Source of the DNA: an uncultured Fibrobacteria bacterium
GTDB lineage: Bacteria > Fibrobacterota > Fibrobacteria > UBA11236
Direction: 5' to 3'
NCBI GenBank assembly: GCA_963716395.1
Contig: OY970309.1
Span: 3,424,001-3,488,000, forward strand
DNA: 64,000 bases
In this document: piece by piece, positions 1 to 9,693 of the stretch
How positions within the stretch are numbered: the stretch's first letter is position 1
Layout of the letters: every line of letters starts with the position of its first letter
Translations under genes and position numbers: made by a program
The notes under the pieces: model-generated
The model's database searches: none
Told to the model about the DNA's origin: nothing
Seen by the model: the letters and a program-made list of their open reading frames with translations, nothing else

Positions 1-159
1 AAATGCTATATCCGGATCGGCAATGAAGAAGAATATCGGTTCCGGCCCTCTTCCGATTCCCGCGCCGCGGTGCTGGAGCAGGGACTCGCGCTTTTACGCC
101 GCCGGCTCGAAGGGCATGCGGTCCAAACCGCGGCCGGCGCCGCGTACGGATGGAATTAA
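1..159 (+). CDS. 3' end of a hypothetical protein (truncated by window edge)
   Basis: Frame from base 1 is open (KCYIRIGNEEEYRFRP...AYGWN) to TAA at 157-159, just upstream of the GH57 gene; no family recognised. Confidence 0.45.
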   Translation, partial: KCYIRIGNEEEYRFRPSSDSRAAVLEQGLALLRRRLEGHAVQTAAGAAYGWN

Positions 160-216
160 TTCTTTCCCAGGCCGGGCGGAAACCAGGCTCAAGCCGTCGG
201 CGCGGATGCAGGCGCC

Positions 217-2673
217 ATGACCGAAGGCGGCAAGCGCTTTGTGGTCGTTCACGGCCACTTCTACCAACCGCCGCGGGAAAACCCCTGGGTCGATGCCGTG
301 GAAATGCAGCCTTCGGCTTGGCCGCATCACGATTGGAACGAACGCGTGTACGCCGAATGCTATGCGCCCAACGGATCGTCACGCCTGCTCGACGACAAGG
401 GCCGCATTCGCGACATCGTCAACAACTACGCCCATTTCAGCTTCGACGTGGGGCCCACCCTGATGTCGTGGATCGAGGAAAAACACCGCGACACCTACGA
501 ACACATCCTGGCCGGCGACCGAATCAGCCGGGAACGCCTCGGGCACGGGAACGCCCTGGCGCATGTCTACAACCACCTCATCATGCCCCTGGCCACGGCC
601 GACGAGAAGAGCTTACAGATCCGCTGGGGTATCCGCGACTTCGAGCGCCGCTTCGGCCGCAAACCCGAAGGCATGTGGCTGGCCGAAACCGCCATCGACA
701 TGGAAACCGTGTGCTGCCTTATCCGCGAAGGCATCCGCTTCACCGTGCTCGCCCCCACCCAGGCCCTGCGCATGCGGCCGTTGTCGTCCGAGCATTGGAA
801 AGACGTCTCGGACAACAGCATCAATCCCCACCGGCCCTACCGGATTTTTCCGCTGGATGAAGACGGCACGCCCCTGGAAAAAGGCTATCTCGACGTCTTT
901 TTCTACGACGGCCCGCTGTCGCATGGCGTAGGTTTCGAGCACCTGCTCACCGACGCGCACCGTTTCGCCGATCACATCGCGCAATCCTTCGATCCGCATG
1001 ACCTGGGCGATCAATTGGTGTCGGTATGCACCGACGGCGAATCGTACGGCCATCACGAGGCCTTTGCCGACATGTGCGCCGCCTACTTTTTCCGGGAACT
1101 GTGCGCCCCGCGCGGCTTGGTGCCGGTGAATTACGCCTGGTATCTCGAACGGCATCCCCCCGAGTTCGAAGTTCGCATCAAGAACGCCTACTCCGGCGGC
1201 ACGGCCTGGTCCTGCGCGCATGGCGTGGGGAGGTGGAAGGAAGATTGCGGTTGTTCCACGGGCGCGGCGCCGGGCTGGAATCAGAAATGGCGTGCGCCCT
1301 TGCGCGCGGCCCTCGACGTGCTGGCCCAGGCTGCCAGCGCCGTGTTCAACCGTGAAGGACCGGAGCGTTTTCACACCTGGGAGGAGGCGCGCTCGCAGGC
1401 TCCGGAAGCCTGGGATTTGAACCCGGACGTACGCCAGGATTATTGGCGGCGCCATGGCCGCGAAGGCGCCGACGGCAAAGCCCGCGAACTGATCGAACTT
1501 TTGCGCTTTTCACATTATATGTACACCAGTTGCGGCTGGTTTTTCGCCGACATCACTGGACTCGAAACCGCCCAGGTGCTGAAATACGCGTTACGCGTGC
1601 TGCAATTGCTGGAAGCGCGCAATCCCACGGCGAATCTGCGCACCCGCTTTTTGACCCACTTGGCCGAAGCCAAATCCAATCTCGGCGGTAAACGCGGCGA
1701 CGAATTTTTTCAAGAACTGGAAAAAGGCGGCCTTCCGGTCACCGCCTTTTTGGCCTTGGCGCATTGGGCGCAAGAATTCTCCGGGGAATCCGTGGCGTAC
1801 GCCCGCACCCGCTATTACCGTTTTGTCGGCGAGAGCAAACGCAATTTCAGCGGATGGAGCGCGACCGAATTCCGGTTCCGCCACGAATTTGAAAACGCCG
1901 AAACCGCGGCCTGGCTGGCATTTACCGGCGATGGGATTGAAGCGCACACCTATGTTTTGCTGCCGGAAGCGCGCCAGCGCCTGGTGGAGCTCGACGCCGG
2001 CGGATTGCAGGGACCAGACGATCTCATGACCTTGGACGCGGTGGAACAATCGTTTCGGCTGGCCGCCGTGGAGTTGCCCATCGACATACGCGAGAAACTG
2101 GCCACGGCTTTGCGCAAGCGCTATTGGCGCGAAAATTCTTCCCCGCTGGCCGCCATCGAATTGCAACTGTCGCATCGCCGCAAGCAATACACCCGTCTCG
2201 ACTGGCCTTTCCCCAGCACCATGCTGCAGATGCTGCACGTCATCGAAAACTTCCACCTGGTGGAGGAGATCGAGATTGGGTTACGTGACGGCTCGGTGCG
2301 CAGCCTGGCCAAGGCGCGTGATTTGGCCCAACGTCTGCGCGGCGAAGGCTGGCATGTCCATCTCGGTGCCATCAAACGCGAGATGTACGAACGCATGCTC
2401 GATATGGGCCAAGACTTCATGACCCACACCGCCAGCTTGCAAATGGAATCGCTCTTTTTGCTGCTGGATTTGGTCGACATTCTCGGGTTGACCTCGGAAC
2501 GCACCCGCCTGGAAAACATCGCCTTTCCCCTGTACCTTATTCTTAGGGATTTTGTGGAAACGGGACAATTTGCCGCCCCGTTGCCGGTGTCCGAGGCCGT
2601 GCGACTTTTGGATAGATTAAATTTCAATACCGAGGCGGCCACAGCCCGGCTGCTTCCAAAGGCAGGAACGTGA
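217..2673 (+). CDS. Glycoside hydrolase family 57 / DUF3536 domain protein
   Basis: N-terminal HGHFYQPPRENPW, YNHLIMPLA, GMWLAETA, TDGESYGHH, WSCAHGVGRW, MYTSCGWFF motifs typical of GH57/DUF3536. Confidence 0.9.
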   Translation: MTEGGKRFVVVHGHFYQPPRENPWVDAVEMQPSAWPHHDWNERVYAECYAPNGSSRLLDDKGRIRDIVNNYAHFSFDVGPTLMSWIEEKHRDTYEHILAGDRISRERLGHGNALAHVYNHLIMPLATADEKSLQIRWGIRDFERRFGRKPEGMWLAETAIDMETVCCLIREGIRFTVLAPTQALRMRPLSSEHWKDVSDNSINPHRPYRIFPLDEDGTPLEKGYLDVFFYDGPLSHGVGFEHLLTDAHRFADHIAQSFDPHDLGDQLVSVCTDGESYGHHEAFADMCAAYFFRELCAPRGLVPVNYAWYLERHPPEFEVRIKNAYSGGTAWSCAHGVGRWKEDCGCSTGAAPGWNQKWRAPLRAALDVLAQAASAVFNREGPERFHTWEEARSQAPEAWDLNPDVRQDYWRRHGREGADGKARELIELLRFSHYMYTSCGWFFADITGLETAQVLKYALRVLQLLEARNPTANLRTRFLTHLAEAKSNLGGKRGDEFFQELEKGGLPVTAFLALAHWAQEFSGESVAYARTRYYRFVGESKRNFSGWSATEFRFRHEFENAETAAWLAFTGDGIEAHTYVLLPEARQRLVELDAGGLQGPDDLMTLDAVEQSFRLAAVELPIDIREKLATALRKRYWRENSSPLAAIELQLSHRRKQYTRLDWPFPSTMLQMLHVIENFHLVEEIEIGLRDGSVRSLAKARDLAQRLRGEGWHVHLGAIKREMYERMLDMGQDFMTHTASLQMESLFLLLDLVDILGLTSERTRLENIAFPLYLILRDFVETGQFAAPLPVSEAVRLLDRLNFNTEAATARLLPKAGT

Positions 2674-2933
2674 TGATTTCGGAATCCATTCTCGTCCTCA
2701 CCATCTTGGCCGCGGTTTTCATTACCGGCGCCTCGATGGGCCAGCTCATCCTGCGCATTCGCCTGGTTAAGCTGGAGCGGCTGAATCTGGAAATCGAACG
2801 GAAACGTTTGGCCGAATTGAAGAAAACCATGAATTCCCGGGCCATCATCATCGAGCACCGCGCTCCCGGACGTTATGAACGTGCCGTCAAAGAGGAGATC
2901 GATGAAATCCTGGGAGACCTTGAAAATCCCTGA
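2670..2933 (+). CDS. Small membrane-anchored hypothetical protein
   Basis: GTGA overlap with upstream stop; one N-terminal hydrophobic helix followed by a charged helical segment. Confidence 0.65.
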   Translation: MMISESILVLTILAAVFITGASMGQLILRIRLVKLERLNLEIERKRLAELKKTMNSRAIIIEHRAPGRYERAVKEEIDEILGDLENP

Positions 2934-3014
2934 AGCGCGGCCCGCCGGAGCCCACCTGTCCGGAACGGCCGCAACGCGGGCTACGGCGGCCGGTTTCCCT
3001 TGCGGTGTGAAACC

Positions 3015-4688
3015 ATGATACCCATTCTGACACTTTCGGAAATCAAGGACGTCGAGCGCAAAAGTTCCGCCGAACACGGCTTGTCGGAATTCGACATGAT
3101 CATGAGCGCCGGCGAAGCCGTCTTTCAATCCGTCAAGACCATGCTCGAAGAGGCCGAAGAAGACACCTACGATGATTACGATCTTCCGGAAGCGGATCAC
3201 CGCGGTCCGGATCGCGAAGACTCCGACGAGCGCGTGGAGGATGAAGACGAACCTCCGGTGGTGGCTTTTATCTGCGGCAAGGGCCATAACGGCGCCGACG
3301 CGCTGTCGGCGGCTTTGCTGACCTCGCAAGCCGGCTACGGCGTGGTGGTTTACCAGATTCATTCCGAGCGCTATTCGGGCGAGGTGCATCGGCTGATGCG
3401 ACAATTGGCCGACGCCGACATTCCTGTGCAATCCATCCGCACCGTGGTGGATTTGCCGGTGTTCCAAAACGTGGATCTCATCGTCGACGGCCTTTTGGGC
3501 AGCGGACTCAGGGGCGACCCCGAAGGCCTGTTGCAATCCCTCATCCACGGCATCAACCGCAGCGGCATTCCCGTACTCTCCATCGATGTGCCCTCGGGCG
3601 TCACCTGCGATTCCAGTTCGGTGCATGGCCCGGCGGTGCGCGCCTCGGCCACGCTGTGCCTGGGCGCCATGAAGCTGTCGGCCACCTTTTTCCCGTCGAG
3701 TTCGGCTTACGGCAAGGTGGGCTACAGCCCGATTTGCTTCGACGAAAAAATGCTGGTGTCGCAGCCCTCGCGCATGGAGATGTACACCGAAGACGATGCG
3801 CTGGAACATCTGCCCGTCAAAACTTTCCGCAGCACCAAATACAGCACGGGCAAGGTGCTGATTCTCGCCGGCAGCCGCGGCATGCACGGCGCCGCGGCCC
3901 TGGCCGCCAACGCGGCCTTGCGCGCGGGCGCGGGACTGGTGCGCGTGGTGGTGCCGGCCGGAATTTACCGCGATATTTCCGCGCATCTCCTGGAGGTAAT
4001 CGGCATGACGGCGGGAGCGGAAAGCGATTCGGCCTTCGCTCCCGAGCACATCGAATCCATCCGGCCCTGGCTGGATTGGGCCGACAGCATTCTCATCGGA
4101 CCCGGGCTCGGGAAAGATCCGCGGACCATGGAATTCCTGAATGCCATCATGCCCTCGCTGCTCGGACGCCGCGTGGTGGTCGACGGCGACGGCTTGGCCT
4201 ATTTCCATCCCGATCACCCCGAACGCCGGAACGGGCCGGGACTGGATCAATTTGTGATTACGCCCCATCCCGGCGAATACCGCCGCCTGGGCGGTCTCTA
4301 TGATTACGACACGCCGCTCGAGCTGCTCGAAGGCTTGCGGCGCTTCGCCCAATCGGGATCGCTGGGCATCGTGCTCAAAGGCGCCACCACCTTGTACACC
4401 GGCCCGGACGGCCGGCACGTGGTGATTCCCGCCGGCAACCCGGGCATGGCCACAGCCGGTTCCGGCGACGTGCTGGCGGGAATTCTCGCGGCCTTTCTGG
4501 CCAAAAGTACCCGGGCCGATGCCGCGCCCTTGGCGGTCTTCGCGCATGGCCGTTCCGGCGACGCCGCGCGCGGCGACCGCGGCACCTTGGGCATGGCGGC
4601 GTCCGATTTGATTCTTTATCTGCCCCTGGCGCTCAAGGATTTGGAAGATGCACGCCTCGATCTTGAAGAGGAACGCGAAGGGGAATAA
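3015..4688 (+). CDS. nnr: Bifunctional NAD(P)H-hydrate epimerase/dehydratase (YjeF)
   Basis: CGKGHNGAD, VDGLLGSG, SIDVPSG (YjeF_N); GKVLILAGS, GPGLG, ITPHPGE, LKGATT, MATAGSGDVLAG (carbohydrate-kinase domain); start taken at ATG 3015. Confidence 0.93.
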   Translation: MIPILTLSEIKDVERKSSAEHGLSEFDMIMSAGEAVFQSVKTMLEEAEEDTYDDYDLPEADHRGPDREDSDERVEDEDEPPVVAFICGKGHNGADALSAALLTSQAGYGVVVYQIHSERYSGEVHRLMRQLADADIPVQSIRTVVDLPVFQNVDLIVDGLLGSGLRGDPEGLLQSLIHGINRSGIPVLSIDVPSGVTCDSSSVHGPAVRASATLCLGAMKLSATFFPSSSAYGKVGYSPICFDEKMLVSQPSRMEMYTEDDALEHLPVKTFRSTKYSTGKVLILAGSRGMHGAAALAANAALRAGAGLVRVVVPAGIYRDISAHLLEVIGMTAGAESDSAFAPEHIESIRPWLDWADSILIGPGLGKDPRTMEFLNAIMPSLLGRRVVVDGDGLAYFHPDHPERRNGPGLDQFVITPHPGEYRRLGGLYDYDTPLELLEGLRRFAQSGSLGIVLKGATTLYTGPDGRHVVIPAGNPGMATAGSGDVLAGILAAFLAKSTRADAAPLAVFAHGRSGDAARGDRGTLGMAASDLILYLPLALKDLEDARLDLEEEREGE

Positions 4689-4727
4689 CTCCCGAGTATC
4701 TCCTCCGTCGCCGTCACCCGCGGTCCG

Positions 4728-5495
4728 TTACGGAAACAAAGCGCGTAGCACCTCGTCGTGCAGCCAGCCATTGCTCGACAGCCCCGATCCCCCGGCCACG
4801 CCTTCGCGGCCGGCCAGACTGGTGAAGCGGCCGCCGGCTTCGGGAAGAATCACCCCGAAAGGCGCCACGTCCCAAATCTCCACCACGGGATCGGCCATGA
4901 TTTCGGCCGCGCCCACGGCCACCAGGAAATGCCCGTAGCAATCGCCCCAACCGCGGTGCAGCCGGGCCCGTCGCCGCAGGGCGGCCCAAGCCTCGCCGTA
5001 ACCCAGACGTTCCATGGTGGTGACGCTGCCGTCGAGAATCAGGGCGTCACCCAGGGTGGCGGTGGATGAAACCCGGCAGGCCCGGCCGTTGCGGAAGCAA
5101 CCGCCGCCCCGCCCGGCATGCAAGCGCTCGCCGAGCATGGGAAGATCCACGATCCCCAGCACCGGCTCGCCGCGTTCGAGCAACGCGATCAAAGTGCCGA
5201 ACAAAGGCACTTGATGGATGAAGGCTTTGGTGCCGTCGATGGGATCGATCACCCATTCGAATTCGCGGGCACCGGTTTCGCGGCCGAATTCTTCGCCGAT
5301 GATGCCGTACGCGGGCGTGGTCTGCGCCATGCGGGTGCGCAGCGCCTCTTCTACGGCCTTATCGGCCAAGGTCACCGGCGAGGCGTCGGCCTTCCACTCC
5401 ACCGCCAGTTGCGATCCAAAATGCCGGCGCAGCATACGCCGGCTGTCGTCGGCCAGCGACAGGGCAAACTCGAGTTCTTCCTGGAATGGCAGCAT
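4728..5495 (-). CDS. Inositol monophosphatase family protein, probably histidinol-phosphatase HisN-like
   Basis: SPVTLADK, GEEFG, WVIDPIDGT, WGDCYG, WDVA motifs. Confidence 0.85.
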   Translation of the reverse strand: MLPFQEELEFALSLADDSRRMLRRHFGSQLAVEWKADASPVTLADKAVEEALRTRMAQTTPAYGIIGEEFGRETGAREFEWVIDPIDGTKAFIHQVPLFGTLIALLERGEPVLGIVDLPMLGERLHAGRGGGCFRNGRACRVSSTATLGDALILDGSVTTMERLGYGEAWAALRRRARLHRGWGDCYGHFLVAVGAAEIMADPVVEIWDVAPFGVILPEAGGRFTSLAGREGVAGGSGLSSNGWLHDEVLRALFP

Positions 5496-5632
5496 CCACT
5501 TCCCCACCGAAAAAAAATCTTCCGCGTCCGGAAATTAGGTAAAGTCGCCCGACGGCAAAATGAACGTTACTCCGTCTGCGACGGACAGCACGCAGACTTT
5601 CGACGGATGGAGTATCGCTTCTAAAGCGTAAA

Positions 5633-7120
5633 TCAATTCATCTCCGGTTCGGCCCAACCTTTGGCGCGGGCCACGGCGCGTGTCCAGCCCCGGAACAAAG
5701 CGGTGCGTTCACGCGCGGCCATGCGCGGCCGAAAGCGGTGGCTGGGAAAATGCAACCGACGAAATTCGGCCCACGACAGCGCCCCGGCGCCCAAGGCGGC
5801 CAACAGGGCGGCGCCCAGGGCCGTCACTTCGGGGTTATCGCTGACTTCGATTTCGGCGCCCAGTATATCGGCCTGAAACTGCATGAGAAAGCGGTTGTGG
5901 CTGCCGCCGCCGTCGACCCGCAAGCACCCTGCCCGCTTGACGCCAAAGGCGCGCACAAGCTCACAGGTTTGATAGGCGATGGCTTCGAGCGCCGCGCGGG
6001 CCAGGTGAGCCCGGGTGGTTCCGCGCGTCAACCCCAGGATGGCGCCGCGCGCCGAGGCGTCCCAATGCGGCGTGCCCAATCCGGCAAAGGCGGGCACGAA
6101 ATACACGCCGTCGTTGCCTGCAAGACTTTGCGCCAGGGCTTCGGAGTCGCCGGCCTGGGCGATCAGGCCGAGGCCGTCACGCAAAAACTGCAGGGCGGCG
6201 CCGGCCACCAAGACCGCGCCTTCGTGGGCATAGGTCGTTCGACCGCCCAAGCGCCAGGCCACCGTGCCGAGCAGACCCCGGGGCGGAGCCGCGCAGCGGT
6301 TTCCCACATTGCGCAGCAGAAAACATCCCGTACCGTAGGTATTCTTGGCGTTACCGGGTCGAAAGCAGCGGTGGCCGAATAGGGCCGCCTGTTGATCGCC
6401 CGCGATGCCGTGGATTTTCACGCCGCGCAGGAGGGGCCAGGCCACGGCACCGAAGTCGGCGTTGGAATCGAGCACTTCGGGTAGGGCGCCGCGCGGCACG
6501 CCGAAGCGGCGCAGCAGGACGGCATCCCAATCCAAGGAGCGCAGGTTGAACAGCAAGGTGCGCGAGGCGTTTCCTGCTTCAGTAACATGCCGGTTCCCCT
6601 CGGTAAGACGGTACACCAGAAAACTGTCGAGGGTCCCGAAGGCTAGGCGCCCGGCCTTGCCCGCGGCGCGCACGGCGTCGTTGTGGCGCAGCAGCCATTC
6701 GGCCTTGGTGCCCGAGAAATAGGGGTCGAGCAACAACCCGGTGCGACGGCGCACATCGGCTTCCAGGCCGCGCGCCCGCAACTGCGCGCAGCGATCGGCG
6801 GTGCGGCGATCCTGCCAGACGATGGCCCGGCCCAGCGGCCGGCCCGTGGATTTGTCCCAGGCCGCCCAGGTTTCGCGCTGGTTGGTGATGCCCAGGGCGA
6901 TCACTTGCGCCGGACGCAACGATTGACGGCGGATCAGCGTTTCGAGAACCCCGCTCTGCACCTCCCAAATCTCATCGAGATCGTGCTCCACCCAACCGGG
7001 ATGGGGAAAATGCTGGGTGAATTCGCGCTGTTCCATGTCGACGCGTTCAAGACGGCGGTTGAACAACACGGCGCGGCAACTGGTGGTGCCTTGATCCAAG
7101 GCCAGAATGAAATCCGACAT
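5633..7120 (-). CDS. glpK: Glycerol kinase
   Basis: DQGTTS, GITNQRET, IVWQDRRT, DPYFSGTK, GDQQAALFG, KNTYGTGCF, VDGG motifs. Confidence 0.95.
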   Translation of the reverse strand: MSDFILALDQGTTSCRAVLFNRRLERVDMEQREFTQHFPHPGWVEHDLDEIWEVQSGVLETLIRRQSLRPAQVIALGITNQRETWAAWDKSTGRPLGRAIVWQDRRTADRCAQLRARGLEADVRRRTGLLLDPYFSGTKAEWLLRHNDAVRAAGKAGRLAFGTLDSFLVYRLTEGNRHVTEAGNASRTLLFNLRSLDWDAVLLRRFGVPRGALPEVLDSNADFGAVAWPLLRGVKIHGIAGDQQAALFGHRCFRPGNAKNTYGTGCFLLRNVGNRCAAPPRGLLGTVAWRLGGRTTYAHEGAVLVAGAALQFLRDGLGLIAQAGDSEALAQSLAGNDGVYFVPAFAGLGTPHWDASARGAILGLTRGTTRAHLARAALEAIAYQTCELVRAFGVKRAGCLRVDGGGSHNRFLMQFQADILGAEIEVSDNPEVTALGAALLAALGAGALSWAEFRRLHFPSHRFRPRMAARERTALFRGWTRAVARAKGWAEPEMN

Positions 7121-7210
7121 CCGGTTACCTCTCAGAATCGGTCCATCTGCGGCGGAAAAAGCCGAGCTAGGGCCGGGCGAAACTGCCGGGCGAAGAGGCC
7201 GCCGTGGGCT

Positions 7211-7744
7211 TCACCGGCTCCGACGCCGCGTGGCCCGAAATACGGCCAGACCCACCATGGCCAATACCAGCACGGCGGCCAAGCCATAAATTGCGCCCAG
7301 GGGCCGTTTGAACACCGCGGTGAAAACGATGGCGAAGAGCAGAACGGTTGCGGCTTCATTCCAGAGCCGCAAAGCGGGGATCGACCAGCGGCAACGCCCC
7401 TGTGCGAATTCGCGCCGTAGCCGGCCGCAAAAACCGTGGTAGGCAAGCAGCACCGCGACCAAAGCCAGTTTGACGTGGAACCAGGGCTGGGTCCAGGCAT
7501 GCAGCAACACCATGAGCCATAAGCCGAAGGCCACGGTGCCGATCATGGCCGGAGTGACAATGGCCCGCCACAGGCGCTTTTCCATCAAGGCGTATTGCGG
7601 CGCAAGCACCGCGCGTTCAGACTCGGGGCGTTGCAGGGCTTCGGCGTGGTAAATGAACAAGCGCGCGAGATAAAACATGCCGGCGAACCAGCTTATCACC
7701 GAGACGAGATGCAGGGATTTGGCCCAGGAATAGGCGTCGGTCAT
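7211..7744 (-). CDS. hemJ: Protoporphyrinogen IX oxidase HemJ (UPF0093/CopD family)
   Basis: KSLHLVSVISWFAGMFYLARLFIYH, MEKRL, WFHVKL, LRLWNE; start at ATG 7744. Confidence 0.88.
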   Translation of the reverse strand: MTDAYSWAKSLHLVSVISWFAGMFYLARLFIYHAEALQRPESERAVLAPQYALMEKRLWRAIVTPAMIGTVAFGLWLMVLLHAWTQPWFHVKLALVAVLLAYHGFCGRLRREFAQGRCRWSIPALRLWNEAATVLLFAIVFTAVFKRPLGAIYGLAAVLVLAMVGLAVFRATRRRSR

Positions 7745-7806
7745 GGGTGGCAAAAATAATCGCTTGCACCTTGGCGCCGGAATCTGTCTGGGCAGGTGGA
7801 TGCGCA

Positions 7807-7972
7807 TCGGCCGGTTCGGCGTCCCTCGACGGGCTCGGGAACCGGGCTCACCGACCAAGGAACCGGCCGGTGCCATCAGGCGGACTCAGGACGCGGCGGA
7901 TGCCCTTCGACGAGCTCAGGGCACGGCAGGTGACTCAGGATTCGGCGGGTGAGCTTGTCGAACCAGTCGAAC
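7807..7972. repeat. Intergenic REP-like structured repeat, copy A
   Basis: Contains CCCTTCGACGAGCTCAGGG (7903-7921) and its near-complement TGAGCTTGTCGAACC (7950-7964), plus three CTCAGG.(C/T).CGGC.G.TG units; similar to the reverse complement of 24635-24740. Confidence 0.7.
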
Positions 7973-7977
7973 CAGGC

Positions 7978-8187
7978 CTACCCTTTAATCACAAAGGGCA
8001 GTACCAATAGGACGCCGCAGCAGGCCAGCAAAGCAAGCAGGTTGCCGATGAAATAAGGCACGATGCACAAGGCCGCCCCGCTGGCCATGGCCAGGTAACG
8101 TCCCTGTTTCTTACCGTAAACGAAATAGCCGGTCCCCAATGCCCCCAGAATGACGCCTGCGAACAAAGAGGACGCGTTCATGTTCAT
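7978..8187 (-). CDS. Small two/three-helix membrane protein
   Basis: Hydrophobic 69 aa with G.GYFVYGKKQ and PYF pattern seen in a conserved small-protein family. Confidence 0.7.
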   Translation of the reverse strand: MNMNASSLFAGVILGALGTGYFVYGKKQGRYLAMASGAALCIVPYFIGNLLALLACCGVLLVLPFVIKG

Positions 8188-8243
8188 GAAAAACCTGCTG
8201 CCCTCATTTTACCACGAAGGCGCGGCGAAGTCCCGCGCGTGCC

Positions 8244-8813
8244 TCAGGAATGGACGGGCGTTTCCGGCATCTTGGATTTCCCGCCATGGTCCTCATCGTT
8301 GTCGCCGCCCCATTGCTGGCGCATGCGCGCATAGGCCGCCGAGTCTATATGGGAAAATTGATCCATGAAGGCCGTGATGGCCCAGATTTCATGATCGGTA
8401 TGGGTGGGTTGAAAGGCCGGCATGCCCGTCATCTTAATGCCGTGCTTGATGATCCAAAAGGTTTCGGCTTCTTCGCCTCCACCCCCGTGCCCGCCCCAGA
8501 GCCGCGGCGCATGAGGATACAAACCCCGCGCGAATTCCTCGGGCTTGACGCCCGGCGCGCCGTGGCAGGTAACGCACATCTCGTTATAATGACCGAATCC
8601 CAAACGGATCAGAGCCGAGTCCTGCAGATTGGGCACTTGAATGCCGCGGGCATGGCGTTCCACCGAATGATCCACGGTCAGGGAAATCAAGTGACGCACC
8701 GGACCCCAATGCGGCGTGGTGGCGGCGATGTCATACACGCCGGAATACATGAAAATGAAGGCAGCGGCCGCCACCACCACTACCAGCATGACCAATTTCT
8801 TCAACCCTCGCAT
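8244..8813 (-). CDS. Membrane-anchored monoheme cytochrome c
   Basis: N-terminal anchor; CVTCHG heme motif; GLYPHAPRL and GIKMTGMPAF (distal Met); RBS-like GAAAGGAAG upstream. Confidence 0.9.
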   Translation of the reverse strand: MRGLKKLVMLVVVVAAAAFIFMYSGVYDIAATTPHWGPVRHLISLTVDHSVERHARGIQVPNLQDSALIRLGFGHYNEMCVTCHGAPGVKPEEFARGLYPHAPRLWGGHGGGGEEAETFWIIKHGIKMTGMPAFQPTHTDHEIWAITAFMDQFSHIDSAAYARMRQQWGGDNDEDHGGKSKMPETPVHS

Positions 8814-8928
8814 CGCTCTTCCTTTCGGTGATTTTGTTTTCCGATTGTTTCGGCACCAGCCAGCAATCTATTAACCCCGGCGCCCCCGACCCCGAATTGT
8901 TTTGCGCTGCGAAATCGCACCGGTTCTA

Positions 8929-9693
8929 CTAGGGCGATGCGGATTTTTCCGCCCGGCCCAGATAGGCAAGCCGCCGAGACGGCGTAAGCACGAAGCGAAA
9001 ATCATGCGGAACCACGCCACGGATCAAAAGCCGAAAGAAGGCGCGGCGGAACACTTGGGGCCGAATCCCGGTCCAGGCGCGCACCGTCATTCCGGCCTGG
9101 TCGCAATATCCCGCCAGTTCGGCGGGGCGGATGAAAAGGCGCGCCACGTGCATGCGCCGGGGCGTGTTGCGCACGAACCATTCCAACCCCTTGATGACGA
9201 TGAGCCAAGAAAGAAAGTTGCGGTTGAAGGTGTGAAAGAAAAACCATCCGCCGGGACGCAAGACGCGGCCGGCTTCGGCCACGGCCGCGACCGGGTCTTC
9301 GACGTGTTCCAGAAAGTCCATGGCGCAAACGATGTCAAATACCCCGTCGCCAAAGGGAAGACGCAAGGCATCGCCTTGATGATACCCGACCGAACCGTCT
9401 CCGCGGGATCGGGCCATACGCAAACTCTCCCAGGAACGATCCAGCCCCTGCACGGCATACCCCAGGTTCGCCAGATGCCGCGTCAGGAATCCCGCACCGC
9501 ACCCGATGTCGAGAATGCGACGTGGAGCGCCGCGCGGCGCGTTTCCCCATTCCCGCAATTGCGCTTCGACCCAGGCCTGTTTGGTGGCACCTTCGGCCCG
9601 CAGCAGGGCCACGGGATCATCCTGGGCCGTGAACCAGCGTTCCCCAAGATGGTCGTAAAAAGCGTTGTTTATCGGTGCCGAGCGGGGAGCCAT
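8929..9693 (-). CDS. UbiG-like SAM-dependent O-methyltransferase
   Basis: ILDIGCGAGFL, DFLEHV, LRPGG.FFFHTFNR, LFIRPAEL; start uncertain (9693 or 9714). Confidence 0.85.
   Translation of the reverse strand: MAPRSAPINNAFYDHLGERWFTAQDDPVALLRAEGATKQAWVEAQLREWGNAPRGAPRRILDIGCGAGFLTRHLANLGYAVQGLDRSWESLRMARSRGDGSVGYHQGDALRLPFGDGVFDIVCAMDFLEHVEDPVAAVAEAGRVLRPGGWFFFHTFNRNFLSWLIVIKGLEWFVRNTPRRMHVARLFIRPAELAGYCDQAGMTVRAWTGIRPQVFRRAFFRLLIRGVVPHDFRFVLTPSRRLAYLGRAEKSASP

Noticed and set aside
7807-7972. CRISPR mini-array
   Set aside because: Units are short, degenerate and lack unique spacers; no cas genes present
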